The translations under genes were made by a program, and so were the position numbers. The notes below the pieces were generated by a model, which saw only the letters and a list, made by a program, of their open reading frames with translations, made no database searches and had not been told where the DNA came from. A stretch of DNA of 64,000 nucleotides from Proteromonas lacertae (lineage: Eukaryota), in the NCBI GenBank assembly GCA_002245135.1, contig NGBS01000586.1:124001-188000 (forward strand). The letters are read 5' to 3'. Shown here piece by piece: positions 12,701-24,558 of the stretch; the stretch's first letter is position 1; each line of letters opens with the position of its first letter.

Positions 12701-13538
12701 TTTAAGAAGATTATGTTTAATGAATGGTATTAAAATATCTTCAGATAATTTCGATTTTACTATTCCCAATCCATTTACTTATGAAGATATTATTGATGTT
12801 GTTCCAGTACAAAAGAACTGCATTCCCTCTTCACCATTACCATCTATCAGTCAAACCATCGAACAAGCCTATGCTTTATTAGGAAGTGGTAATTACAGTT
12901 ATGCATATGAAACTATACAACAATGTATCTTAGCTATGTTACAAGTTGCTGGATTTGTTCAAGAAGATATGGCTATTTGCTTAGCTACACTTGGTGCTAT
13001 TTTACATAATTTAGGAGATATTGAAGGTGCAATTAATCATTTAAAAAGATCAGTAACATTATTGACAATGTTATATGGTGAATGTAACTCTAAATTATGT
13101 AGAGTATTAGAATCATTAGCTGTTTATAACTATGAAGCTGGACATATACCAGAATCTATTGAAATAATGAAAAGAGTATTATATATCTTAGATATATGTA
13201 GTGGAGATCATAATATTAACAGTGTACAAGGTTATATCAGGCTTGGTACTATGGCTCGAGAGATTGGCCATATTCCATTAGCTTTAGTGTCATTCCAAGA
13301 AGCAGTAAGAAGATCTTATGATGATCCATTTAGTCAAATGTCTTCATTGAATTTGTTGGCTTTAACTGCAGCTATAAATGGTCAATTTGAAGATGCTATA
13401 TCTTGTCAAAATACTTATTATGAGATATGTAAAGCTGTATTTAAAGAAGAGAATGAAATTGTTAAAGAAGCTAAGAGATTATTGGAAAGATATAAAGCTA
13501 TTAAAGAAGCTTTTGGTGGTGATTATAAGAGAAATTAA
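9762..13538 (+). CDS. CLU1: Clustered mitochondria protein (CLU/CLUH), intronless
   Basis: SGWNPPPPERRMLGDLLYL, DWNEEYQ, VDYKGRRYVCQ, MHNRGINMRYL and C-terminal TPRs. Confidence 0.95.
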   Translation: MSDTATSQPSAPEDNTVNTYEIVVECPLKKEYKITYVERYDTIPTLKHALNIIPDLCHYTCYHFEVKVPGSDKFVVTDDYTDLTELHVVNNTRFKMILDNYNLSEVKQHIANLRQKLREPLTTAMVDATSLETPEVVQHFANNLRKYAEAVAKEEEERLKKSKETEPEVKPAEKPPVAPQAANDAPAVNVNVPKETPEFPVPKPEETVKDDSNPAAKSIKEKQDEKIDKEELIKSFKQQDEKMPVLLSKIPLTNIPVVPDLTKVYSSSFSTDVMKSLDNPVCLKSISHSGWNPPPPERRMLGDLLYLDIETLEGETFFVTCTVTGFYVNKSRKDCFDPTPSARPCHSPHLLGLLKQLSVQFRNQYKLLVQNENEIMSDKTKNNLWDSISKIPIPHVLCTENWCVAAPSDEKVTLGQYHVYDLDRAEGELLNKYSLDNQASITDWNEEYQMAVDLPDEDEKTKENLEVGRARVIYNYAVNFASAAVNVVKGIMEGSIIPLNPTETPENHFYLYNNILAVRICDSKGIYADVGGDDAAYVTANQDLLGVKTINRCEIRKLHTSLTTIVDYKGRRYVCQGLFPGLLQQNNLHEYGTLDFGNSIVVDEESHKLLKETYQTLGVGDCKIHPLGIDSDNNTGGLSLDDVKIKPSAKVYTKKEDVVDITGPLESKLIRGSDGRDYLIDLTNLTPRDLLCMKERKDKSLPSEIVMIRNEAIQHYYTHLYEVARAEAEKQAEEQKKDIQFPLPTLELNCNIGGKNELADDAEKIKKDTETIETICKYVRETTIPELVTALLNGEIQCTDSVSLCTLMHNRGINMRYLSLMSKQFANGEMKDFTIRAKYFVELCETEMICRSVKHLLRELYNIKGVSDAPAFMLSELLNIIFGTPSDKGEKIDSVLPSILSESNTKSQGKHKRDINLSIVSNNIAKFVEPGLSTYTPQQIWSKIEERIKLHFDYQLRLFTNPYTNKPETLVYGYTQKLAVLRRLCLMNGIKISSDNFDFTIPNPFTYEDIIDVVPVQKNCIPSSPLPSISQTIEQAYALLGSGNYSYAYETIQQCILAMLQVAGFVQEDMAICLATLGAILHNLGDIEGAINHLKRSVTLLTMLYGECNSKLCRVLESLAVYNYEAGHIPESIEIMKRVLYILDICSGDHNINSVQGYIRLGTMAREIGHIPLALVSFQEAVRRSYDDPFSQMSSLNLLALTAAINGQFEDAISCQNTYYEICKAVFKEENEIVKEAKRLLERYKAIKEAFGGDYKRN

Positions 13539-13674
13539 AGAATAACAAAACATCCAAAGTTATTAAATAAATTATCTATATTAAAAAAAAGTTTTGACTA
13601 TTGAAATATATTCTTTTTATTTTTATTTTATTATAAATAGACAAAAAACATTAAATATAAATTAAATATAAAAA

Positions 13675-14859
13675 TTATGCATCTGTTAATAATCCAGTTC
13701 TTGGTGAAATCATTTCTTCTCTTTCTTTCTCTTCTTTTGCTGCTCTATCTCCTCTCATTCCTGCATTTATTAAATCCTTTTCTCTAGGAATACCTGCAGT
13801 CTGAAAACCTGTGTCTGTCTTTGGAACATGTGTATTAGTCTTTCTCATTTGTGATGCAACTAAAATAAATAAATAATATAATATTCTTATACTCTTCTTT
13901 CTTGATTCTTTTCTATCAGTTTCCTTTGCCATTCCTGGTTTATTACTTAATGCTTTCTTTGCAGCTATATAAGAGTTTCTTAATGTAATTGTAATTCCAT
14001 GATCTGCTCCTAAATAATTCTCAGCTATTTCAACACCCTTTTTATAAGCCTGTAAACTTCTATCATATTTCTTTAAAAATTCTTGCTCTACTCCAATGTT
14101 ATGGTAAGCTATTGCTAATACAGATATTCTATCAGCCCTTTGCTCTACTTTAGCATCAGTACTTGTACTTCCACCATCTTCACTATCATTATTGTTGCTA
14201 TTATTATTGTTTGTCATTGTAACAGTAAATAATTCTTCTTGTAACATAATTAAAGCTGTCTGTGCATGTTCTAATGCCTCTGAGTGTCTTCCTAATTGAC
14301 TTAATACTGGACATAAGTTCAAATGTGTATCTGCTGGGTAACTCGCTATATCACCTGATTCTTCTATTTTTAATGCCCTTTCTAAATAAGTCAGGGCGGA
14401 ATGTAATTTGCCTTGTTTTCGGTAATAACAGGCGAAATTATTATATGTTACTGCTTTAGCTGCTGGATCTCTTTCTGTTAATATTTCTGCTTTCTTTAAA
14501 AGATCAAGTGTCATTGAATAATCTTCTAAACAAATAAAAATAGATAATAAAATGATATACCTTGTTGTAAATAAGTCATAGCTAATAAATTACACATCTC
14601 ACCTACTGTTTTACAAGCATTCCACACTTCTTCACTATCCATTCCAAAAAAATGTTGTCTAAGTACTAAACCTCTTTCCAATGTGTCTAAAGCTTCTAAA
14701 AATCTTCCCTATTAATATAAAATAACAATATACATACTTCTTTCTGTAGATTAACAGCAGTTTCATCTATTTTCTGTAAAGCCATAAGCTCTGTATTTTC
14801 TTCAAGCTAAAATAAACAATTATATTAAATCATACAGGGTTTTCTGAGTCTTGGTCCAT
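13675..14859 (-). CDS. TPR-repeat protein; multi-exon
   Basis: TPR motifs TYNNFACYYRKQGKLHSAL, DTHLNLCPVLSQLGRH and AIAYHNIGVEQE. 5' exons extend to ATG 14859. Confidence 0.8.
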
Positions 14860-15131
14860 TAAAATAAAAAAATAAAACGAAAAAAGCTTGAAAGAATTTT
14901 TGGCTTGATTAATTTTAAATTGAAAATAGCTTATTATGTGAGGTTGAAAGGCAAAAATAATCAATACAAATCAAGCAGAGTTATTAAATGAGAAAATAGC
15001 CAAATTTTCAACAAAAGAAGAAGGACAATTACTGAATGAAGACATTTTGAACTATATTCAATAAAAATAATATATTTTTGAGATGTAATAATGATTTGTG
15101 TATGATATTTATAAAATAAAAAAATAAAAAA

Positions 15132-15204
15132 TGCCTTCACGCGGAGTCGAACCGCGGACCTTTGGTTTACAAGACCAATGCTCTACCAGCTGAGCCATAA
15201 AGGC
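15132..15204 (-). tRNA. tRNA-Thr(UGU)
   Basis: 73-nt cloverleaf GCCTTTA...TGAAGGCA, anticodon arm TTGGT-CTTGTAA-ACCAA, T-loop GTTCGACTC, followed by a T-run. Confidence 0.97.
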
Positions 15205-15462
15205 TTTTAAATTTTTTAAAAATATTCTATTATTACTAACACTATTACATTTACAATCGAACTAAATTCATTGAACATCAAACAAATAACTAAAACAACC
15301 GATACTATCCTCTATTATATCTTAAATTTATAAATATTATGTGATTACATATTTATTAAAACATGGAAGAAATAGTTGTGATTTTAGTAAAGTAATAAAT
15401 CGAAAAAAGTGAAAATGAATGAAAGAGTAATATATGTGAGTAAAAAAGTAAAAAAATTCAAA

Positions 15463-15535
15463 GCCTTTATGGCTCAGCTGGTAGAGCATTGGTCTTGTAA
15501 ACCAAAGGTCCGCGGTTCGACTCCGCGTGAAGGCA
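15463..15535 (+). tRNA. tRNA-Thr(UGU)
   Basis: Identical cloverleaf on the plus strand. Confidence 0.97.
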
Positions 15536-15651
15536 TATTTTTATTTTTCAATTATTCTTTTAAATAATCTTTTATATTCATCATTAATACTTATTTATTT
15601 GTTACTTTTTAGTTGAGGCATACTGAAAATATATCAAATTATTAATTTAAA

Positions 15652-16560
15652 ATGTCCAATTTAGAAAAATGTTTTGAAAGTGTAAAGATGCTAAAATTTT
15701 TATCTGAATTAGAAGCTAATGTTAATAAATTTACAATTTTAGATAAAAGAAAGAATTACAAAAACATGAGAGGAGTAAATTTAGTGATACAACACGAAAA
15801 TCATATTAAAATGGTGAGAGTGTTGAATATAGATGGAATAATGGAATAATGGAATAATGGAATAATGAGTTAGAATGTAATGAGAGAAGTGTGATTTGGT
15901 CAATTGGATGTATATTATGAGATATAAATACAGTTTAGATGTAGAATATGATGATAAGATGAAAGTGAAGATAGATTGAGTATAAAAGAGTTGAGAAAAG
16001 GATGATAAAAGTGAGTGAAATATTGAAAGATGATGGTTGTTATTTAATGATATGTGAAGAAAGAAAATAACTGCTAGGGAATTGTGATGCAAAATATAAT
16101 TACTTTACCAATAACAAAGCAAATGAAAGAATATTGGGATTAATAAATAGCTATACATTTGTTAATCAAAGAATATAATGAATTGAATCTTGAATTTAGA
16201 AATGTGTGATGATTTTATCATATCATTTTTTTCTTTAAGATTCAGTAGTATAATATCATATTTATGAATTATTTAGATAATAGACTAACATTTAAAAGCA
16301 TTCAAATAGTGATAAATAATCTACCTTCATTTACAAATCTTACAAAACTACAATTAAATGGAAATGAAATAGGAGAAGAAGGAATGAAAATTTTGTCTCC
16401 TCATTTTAATGTATGATATTTAAACAGATTAATTATTTATCACTTGATTTATCCAATAATAGAAATAAAAATAATATGTAAATACTTAGATAAATTTGTT
16501 GATAATTATTTAATGAATTTCTCATTAATTAAATGAAAGAGAATTGAAGTCAATTAAAGA
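15652..16560 (+). pseudogene. Decayed leucine-rich-repeat (RNI-like) gene remnant
   Basis: About 16276-16410 translates as DNRLTFKSIQIVINNLPSFTNLTKLQLNGNEIGEEGMKILSPHF, followed by LSLDLSNN. Surrounding frames are broken by stops. Confidence 0.55.
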
Positions 16561-16942
16561 AAACTGTGAAATATTTAATAGTTTAAATGATTTATCAATA
16601 ATAATAAAAGAAGGGATATATAATCAGAGTTAAATGGAAATTTCAGAAGAAGAAAAGAAAGGATTATCAAAGAATTCTTTAATCTAAAATGGTTTAATGT
16701 TATTAATATCTTCTCTTGTTCTTTTTAATTCTTTCTTTTATCTAAAATTGTAAATTTATTAACATACTTCTAATTTAGATAAAAATTTTAGCATCTTTAC
16801 ACTTTCAAAACATTTTTCTAAATTGGACATTTTAAATTAATAATTTGATATATTTCAGTATCCTCAACTAAAAGCAGCAAATAAATAAGTATTAATGATG
16901 AATATAAAAGATTATTTAAAAGAATAATTGAAAAATAAAAAA

Positions 16943-17015
16943 TGCCTTCACGCGGAGTCGAACCGCGGACCTTTGGTTTACAAGACCAATGCTCTACCAG
17001 CTGAGCCATAAAGGC
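16943..17015 (-). tRNA. tRNA-Thr(UGU)
   Basis: Identical cloverleaf. Confidence 0.97.
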
Positions 17016-17273
17016 TTTGAAATTTTTTACTTTTTTACTCACATATATTACTCTTTCATTCATTTTCACTTTTTTCGATTTATTACTTTACTAAAATCAC
17101 AACTATTTCTTCCATGTTTTAATAAATATGTAATCACATAATATTTATAAATTTAAGATATAATAGAGGATAGTATCGGTTGTTTTAGTTATTTGTTTGA
17201 TGTTCAATGAATTTAGTTCGATTGTAAATGTAATAGTGTTAGTAATAATAGAATATTTTTAAAAAATTTAAAA

Positions 17274-17346
17274 GCCTTTATGGCTCAGCTGGTAGAGCAT
17301 TGGTCTTGTAAACCAAAGGTCCGCGGTTCGACTCCGCGTGAAGGCA
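17274..17346 (+). tRNA. tRNA-Thr(UGU)
   Basis: Identical cloverleaf followed by a T-run. Confidence 0.97.
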
Positions 17347-17413
17347 TTTTTTATTTTTTTATTTTATAAATATCATACACAAATCATTATTACATCTCAA
17401 AAATATATTATTT

Positions 17414-19751
17414 TTATTGAATATAGTTCAAAATGTCTTCATTCAGTAATTGTCCTTCTTCTTTTGTTGAAAATTTGGCTATTTTCGCATTTAATAACTC
17501 TGCTTCGATTTGTATTGAATATTTTTTCTCTAGTAAATATATATAGATATAAATGGAAAATAATTTATACTCTTTTAATTCCTGAACCATCCTTTTCAAT
17601 ACATCTCTATATTCTTCAATATCATCCTTAACTGACATATTTAAAGGCGAAGGTATATCATTACTATCTAATGGAACTCTTTTTATTACAGGAGGAGATG
17701 GAATAGGAGTAGAAACAGAATTTTGAGAATCATCATCTCCAAAACCATTACTACCATCTACAATTTCTGAAATAATTTTATCCTTATCATAATCAATACT
17801 ATTATCCTCATCTTCCATCCTACAAAACATTTCATTTTCTAAATTGAGTTTATATGAGTCTCTACTGGGTATATCGTTATTTATATCCACTGTAATAGGC
17901 TGAAGATCTTCGTTGGAACTTCTTAGGAGGAGAAGGTGAGAATACATTAGATTTTACGATATTAGCAGATCGTGTCTTACAGCCATAATATTTACGTGGA
18001 GGTATTTTTGATATATTAGTAGCAATATTACTATCAGGTATAACAACATCTGATTTTCTTTGAGTTAATTTAATTACATTCTCAGTAGAATGATGTGATT
18101 GTTGTTGTTGTTGTTGTTTGTTGTATTGATTTCATATTCTGTTGATGAGCTTTCTTTAATAGAGATGATGGTGTAAATAATTGTTTATTATTATTATTAT
18201 TAATTATATTCTTTGATTTTGCTCTATTTATTACTGAATTCATCACTTCATTTTCACTATTCACTTTAAATGGTGTTTCTGTATAACTTGTAGAAATATT
18301 TGGAGATGATAATTCACTGGTATTATTATTATTATTATATTCAGGTATTATACTATATAAATAATAATAATTAATAAACAATATACTGTGTTAATGGCGT
18401 AGGTGGGAATAACTCTAAATTATTATTATTATGATTTAATGGCGAAGTAAACATATTATTTGGATAAGTTTGTGATATTGATCTAGAAATATCAAGCTTA
18501 GTTTGACTGATTCTTTCAGATAGTTTATCTAAAGTGATGTTTAACTCATGTAATGATGTTTGTAAATATGGAAAATTATTATTTACAACTGGAGCGATTG
18601 GTTGTTTTAATTCGTTATTTTCATTTAATAATTCATCTTTTAAATGATGTAAATATATATTATATTGCTATTAATATGTAATATAATATATTAAAATAAT
18701 ATACAGATATTAAATCATTTAAATTCACTTTCATATTATTATTTTCATCAATTATTCTATTGTCATTCATTTTAGATATTATCATATTCGCATTCAATCC
18801 TAAACTCATCGTATTTTCAGTTACTGGAAATATTTTATTAATTATTCGATCACATTCAGTGTAAAAATTCTGGTTAATGTCAATATCAATTATTTTCCAT
18901 TTTTCTATTATATTATTATATTGTAATTGGTTATTTTCTATATTTTCTTCTGTAAATATGTTATTGTCAACTGTATTTAAATATTCTTTAAATATTTTGT
19001 CAAGCTGCTCTTGTTTTCTTAATAAATCTCGAAATTGATTGGTTAATTCATTTGAATAGTTTTTATAATGATTTCTTAATTGAATTATTTTTGATATTTG
19101 AATTTTACACTTTTGAGCTTCTTGAAAGGTTTTTACTCTTAAACTTCTTAATATCATTTTAGTTTTTATATTTTCTGGTAAATTTGATGGTTTATAGAGT
19201 GATATATTTGATTTTGGATTATATTTTTCAATCATTTTTTTCAGTGCCAAATTAGTTAAATTGAATAAGAATCTAATCACTCTTGAGCCAAATGCTGATG
19301 TTATTATTGTTCTTCTAGATGAACCGTATGGCAGATAAGTGTTGCCATTTTCATCTTTTTTTTCTTCGTATGCTTTTATTATATTTTGAATGATATCTCT
19401 AAACATTCTTTGATTATCACCTTTTAAAATATAAGGATTGTAGTCCTATTTATAAAATATTGATTATATTCGTTAACATACTTTTACACAACCAGGTTCT
19501 AGTATATTACACAAAAAATGAACGATAATCTCCATTGCTAGAGTATTTGATTTACTAAACATATTTTCATCAAGTTCCAATGATTCTCTTTTAGCTTGTT
19601 CAGCCAATCGTTTTGTCTCAACTTCAAAGCCGAGTAATCGTAGATTCGATATAAATGATCTAATTATTAAGACTTCTGTATTAATATATTTGATTTTATC
19701 CATATCTACATTATTTATCCCAACTTCTGTCTCTATCGAGTTAATTTCCAT
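17414..19751 (-). CDS. HAUS6: Augmin/HAUS subunit 6-like; multi-exon
   Basis: N-terminal NLRLLGFE...MFSKSN...EIIVHFL and GSRVIRFLFNL resemble HAUS6_N, followed by a coiled coil and a low-complexity tail. Confidence 0.7.
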
Positions 19752-19803
19752 TTTTAAATTTGAATTTGAATTAATAAAAATATATTCGTTTTACTTTTTT
19801 GTA

Positions 19804-21237
19804 ATGGAGAGAATTGTGGCTGTTGTAGGCTGCGGGCATGGTCAATTGAATAAAATTTATGAGTCTTTAGACTATATAAAGGTAAATAAGAATATAATTG
19901 CTGAATTAGTGATAATCTGTGGTGATTTTCAAGCTGTTAGAGATCAACAAGATTTGAATTGTTTGGCATGCCCACCAAAATATAGACAAATGGTAAAATT
20001 AATATTTTTAAATATTGTTAACAATTATATAGGCTGATTTTTATGAATATTACAATGGAACAAAAATAGCTCCTTACTTAACCATAATAATAGGTGGAAA
20101 TCATGAAGCATCCAATTATATGCAGGAACTCTATTGTGGTGGATGGGTTGCTCCAAATATATACTATTTAGGTAATTGTGGTTGTGTAAACTGGAATGGT
20201 TTAAGAATAGTAGGAATATCAGGCATTTATTCAAGTGATGATTATAACAAAGGATTCTTTGAACATCCTCCATATTCAGAATCAACAAAAAGATCAATTT
20301 ATCATATTAAAGAATGGGAAATAGAATGTGTAAAGAAAATAAGCAGCCCTATTGATATAATGATAACACATGATTGGCCATCAGGAATAGCATATCATGG
20401 AGATTTGAAGGAATTATATAAATATAAGAAATATTTAAAGTATAAAAATATAAACATATATATTTTATTAATAGAAATGAGATTGAAACAAACCAATTAG
20501 GCTGTTCACAATATTCATTTTTACTATCTAATAAGAAACCAAAGTATTGGTTTGCTGCTCATCATCATGTTAAATTCCCTGCAATTGTTAAACACTCTGA
20601 TAGTGAGAATGACATGACTAAATTCTTAGCTTTAGATAAAGTTTTACCTAATAGAGATTTTTTACAGATATTGCATATTCCAGTTAATAATAATAATAAT
20701 AATAATGTATATATATATATATATTAATAGTTATTGTTTATTATATATATCAGTTATGTTATGATATTGAATGGATGACAATAATGAAAAGATTTCACGA
20801 ATTATGTCAATTTAATAGTTATCATATTGATTTATCACTCTTTAAATCATATAATATAAATGAAAATGACTTAATTGTTGTTAAGGATTTAATGAAAGAG
20901 TTGTATGTAAATGGTAATTATCCAATTCCACACAATTTTGTTAGAAATAGTGACAATAAACAAAGACATGGAAATCCACAAGTATTTTAATTATTTTATA
21001 TTGTTTATTAGACTGATATGTATTTGAAATTACTTAGAATATCTCATCAAATTACAATTCCGTTTTGTAGTACAACATATAGTGATTTTAATAACCCTGA
21101 TGAAATTGATTTGTTAGATTGTGATTAGTATTGATGTAAATGAAGATCCAAATGAATTAGATTTGAGTGAAAATGATGATGATGATGAAGTGAATAAAGT
21201 AGTTGATCCATTTGAAATTAATATAGATGATTTATAA
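19804..21237 (+). CDS. DBR1: RNA lariat debranching enzyme; multi-exon
   Basis: GCGHG, ICGDFQAVR, CPPKY, GGNHEASNY, THDWP and KFLALDKVLPNRDFLQ. Confidence 0.96.
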
Positions 21238-21299
21238 TCTATTCTATTTTTGTTTAATCCATACAAATAAACTTAAAATGAAATAATTAATGAAATTAT

Positions 21300-22004
21300 T
21301 TAAAACAATGCAACCAAAATCAAGAATAAGGAGAATAATGCTGGAACAACTCCATATGCTGCATCAACTTTTATGAAACTATCTTTATTCATACATTCAA
21401 TTCTGTCTTTGTTATATATATCTGGCCAAAGCTTCTTAACATCTTCATATGATTTTGCATCAAACAATTTTCCAATTTCTTCAGGAGTAAGTGTATTATT
21501 TAATTTTGTTAAATATCTAGAATCGAGTATATCTATTTCAGTTACAGTCTTTCCTGTTTTTGTTTTAACTATATCAAACTGATTTTTAACTCTAAAACCT
21601 AAATCTCCATTATCAGTACTTTTTTCGTATTGTTTAACTAATATTATATCTATTTCTACATCACCAACTGTTACTTCTTCGTCTTTATATGCAATTGAAG
21701 AATTTTTATGTTGCAGTATCAATTTGATATGTCCATCCTCCATCTAGTAATTCAGCACAATTCTTTTTATCTGGAACAGTTGCGCCAGTAGTTATCTGAT
21801 GGTGAAGGAGTTGTAGTAGTATCTGGTGGTACTACTGATGGTGTAGTTTCTGTTCCTGCTGGAGTGGTTGTAGGTTCTTCTTCATTTGTGTTTGAAGGTT
21901 CAATATCTCTTTGTTCGTTTTGTGGAGCACATACTACTAATCCAATGAAGAATAATACTAATAACTTCTATGAATAATATTAGGCCATTATATTATACAT
22001 TCAT
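21300..22004 (-). CDS. Putative GPI-anchored mucin-stalk surface protein, copy A (two apparent frameshifts: pseudogene or assembly error)
   Basis: ATGAAT plus intron 21968-21998 gives signal peptide MNKLLVLFFIGLVVCA. P/T stalk and C-terminal DAAYGVVPALFSLFLILVALF*. Frame breaks near 21791 and about 21712. Confidence 0.7.
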
Positions 22005-22495
22005 GCTGATTTCGAGTGAATAGAAATTATGAATTTTTTGAAAACTGTTTTTTAATTATTATCCAATGAAAAATAGAGGCAGTATAGATTAGAATTTTAA
22101 TATAAAATTAGCCTCACTGTTAATTGTATGTAAATTACATAGATATTGTAAATTACATACACATTTTGATTTATGGAATGTACATCTTGTAATATGCAAG
22201 ATGGAAGTGAAAATCATAATTAATAAGTTATATTAAATCACAAATTAAGAAAAATTCATCATTTATTTGAATAATATTCAAATGAAAGAACAAAGGCAAC
22301 TCTTTAGTTTAGTTTGAAAAATGCATTAAAAAAGCATATCTTATATCACTCTAACAATTCTTTCTTTCAATTACTTGACAGTTACAAACCGTTTCTTTCT
22401 AGCCGTTTCATGCATCTTTTTTCATTAAAAATCCCATTTAAATAACAGTTTTGAAAATCAATTTTCATTTTCAAATTTCTTTCAATTTATCATCC

Positions 22496-23195
22496 ATGAA
22501 TGTATATTTTATCAATCTAATATTATTCATAGAAGTTCTTAGTATTATTCTTCATCAGCTTAGTTGTTTGTATTCCACAAAACGAACAAAGAGATCTTGA
22601 ACCTTCAAACACAAATGAAGAAGAACCTACAACCACTCCAGCAGGAACAGAGACAACTCCATCAGTAGTACCACCAGACACTACTACAACTCCTTCACCA
22701 TCAGATAACACTGGCGCAACTGAAGAACCATTACAATCATGTAAGAATTTAGAAGTGGGTGATTGGATTTTAATAGCTATACAAGAAACTGTTATAGCAA
22801 TTGGTAAAGAACAAACATTAACCACTAATTACAAAGGAAGATTATATCAAATTGTAGAAAATGATACTGTAACGATAACAGGTTTTACTGATAGATCTGT
22901 CTTTACTCAAGATTCTACAGAAGCAGAAAAATGGGCTAAAGTATTAAAGGGATATAAACCAAGAGAATTAGTTTTAGAAAAATATATGGGAAAATTGGGA
23001 ATAACTCCAGATAAAATCAATGAATTATTTAATATTACATCCGTCATTTCTATGGAAAATATTACAAATGTTAAAAATGTTGAAAAATCCGAACATAAAT
23101 ATTGTAAAGAATTTAACAAAGGAAACTATGATGCAGCTTATGGAGTTGTACCAGCATTTGTGACATTGTTTTTAGTTTTTATCGCATTATTCTAA
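22496..23195 (+). CDS. Putative GPI-anchored mucin-stalk surface protein, copy B (intact)
   Basis: ATGAAT plus intron 22502-22532 gives MNKFLVLFFISLVVCIP. P/T stalk and C-terminal DAAYGVVPAFVTLFLVFIALF*. Confidence 0.8.
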
Positions 23196-23249
23196 AACAT
23201 ATATAAATAATATTAATTGTTTTATTTAAAATTGTTGTATTTGTTTTAA

Positions 23250-24419
23250 TTATTCACTAAAATAGAATGGAAATGATTGTAGTGGTATATATACACTATT
23301 TTCTTTCTCAACCATTATTTCTTCGAAATTATAAAGCATTTTTATATAGAATTTATCATCTTTTTTGGATTGGTATAGCTCAAATATAATACTTGCTCCA
23401 TATATTGGCCATAACATACACAAATCAGGTTTAAATAATGCTAATAACGACAAAATAGAATTATCATGACAAGAAGTAATAGTCATTTTCAAATTATTGA
23501 AATTATGTTTACAGTTTATCATTTGATGATATATTTTAGATAAATAATACTCCATCCTATATTTTCCTAATTCATGGTTTTGATATACCAAACAGAATAT
23601 ATTTGAACATTGAGTTATAACAATATCTTTATAACATTCTATTAATTATATCATCATAATAATATTTTAAATATATACCTATTTCTTTTTGTAATGGAAT
23701 ATTATAATGATCCATACACCAAAAATAGTCTCTAAATCTCATATATTCATATTTCTTATCTGAATAAATATATTTTCTTAATTCTGGTAATATTTCACTA
23801 TATTCTTTATTAATCTCATTAATTTTTAATTGTAACTCCGGTTGGCAGAATAATTTCCATGAATAATCATCATGTGCTATTATATATTATTAATAATAAT
23901 AAATACGATTAAGAGGATGGGGAGGTGTTCTCATTACTTTGATTGAAGGAAACCAATTCTCTCGATCAGTTGTTGATTCGTCTAGTTTCAATAAACCATA
24001 TAGTAAACCTTGGATACTTTCATATGTACGATAACTATTTGTAGAATAACACTTCATTTCACCTTCTTGAAATGGGAAATGAAGAAAATTTGTTTGAACA
24101 TACTTTTCATTCTATATAATAATGTCAAATCTAATAATACAAGTCTTTTTCCTAATTGAATCAAACAATCTAAACCCTCTTTGATCAATCTACCAAATAT
24201 TAAATTCTCGTCTTCAGGTAACTCATGACCACAATTTGGAAATAATTTATTCAACCTTTCCTTTGCTTTTATATCTAATATTTTAGGTTTCCAAAAGTTT
24301 TCTTCTAATTCTACTTGTTTATCATCGTAAGGAACTCTAAAAGCTGTAGATCTATCTCCATGTCTATGACAAATATGAACTTGTTTTAAAATCAAATCAT
24401 CTGGATTAATATCATTCAT
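23250..24419 (-). CDS. Histidine acid phosphatase (ACP6-like); multi-exon
   Basis: Catalytic RHGDR and SCHD motifs, WPIYGASIIFELY. Confidence 0.88.
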
Positions 24420-24558
24420 AAAATGAAAATAAATGAAAAAGAAAATCAAACAGTTATCAAACTTATATTATTTAATCCTTTTTTTAATTCATCACAACAC
24501 ACAAAAATATTGACAATTAAAATTGGTTTTTCTTGTTTAGTCATAAAATACATAATCA

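Larger units (their letters stand above)
14961..15775. repeat. Left arm of an inverted duplication (about 810 bp)
   Basis: Reverse complement of about 16710-17519, with high identity. Confidence 0.9.
16710..17519. repeat. Right arm of the inverted duplication (includes the HAUS6 3' end)
   Basis: Reverse complement of 14961-15775. Confidence 0.9.

Noticed and set aside
15833..15864. (ATGGAATA)x4 minisatellite
   Set aside because: A local slippage repeat within pseudogene debris, with no evidence of telomeric or other function.
16818..17069. 83-aa ORF, and the ORF at 17338-17631
   Set aside because: These are spurious frames across tRNA genes or antisense to HAUS6.
14961..17519. DNA transposon with long terminal inverted repeats
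   Set aside because: The arms consist of host sequence (tRNAs and the HAUS6 3' end). There is no transposase and no evident target-site duplication.
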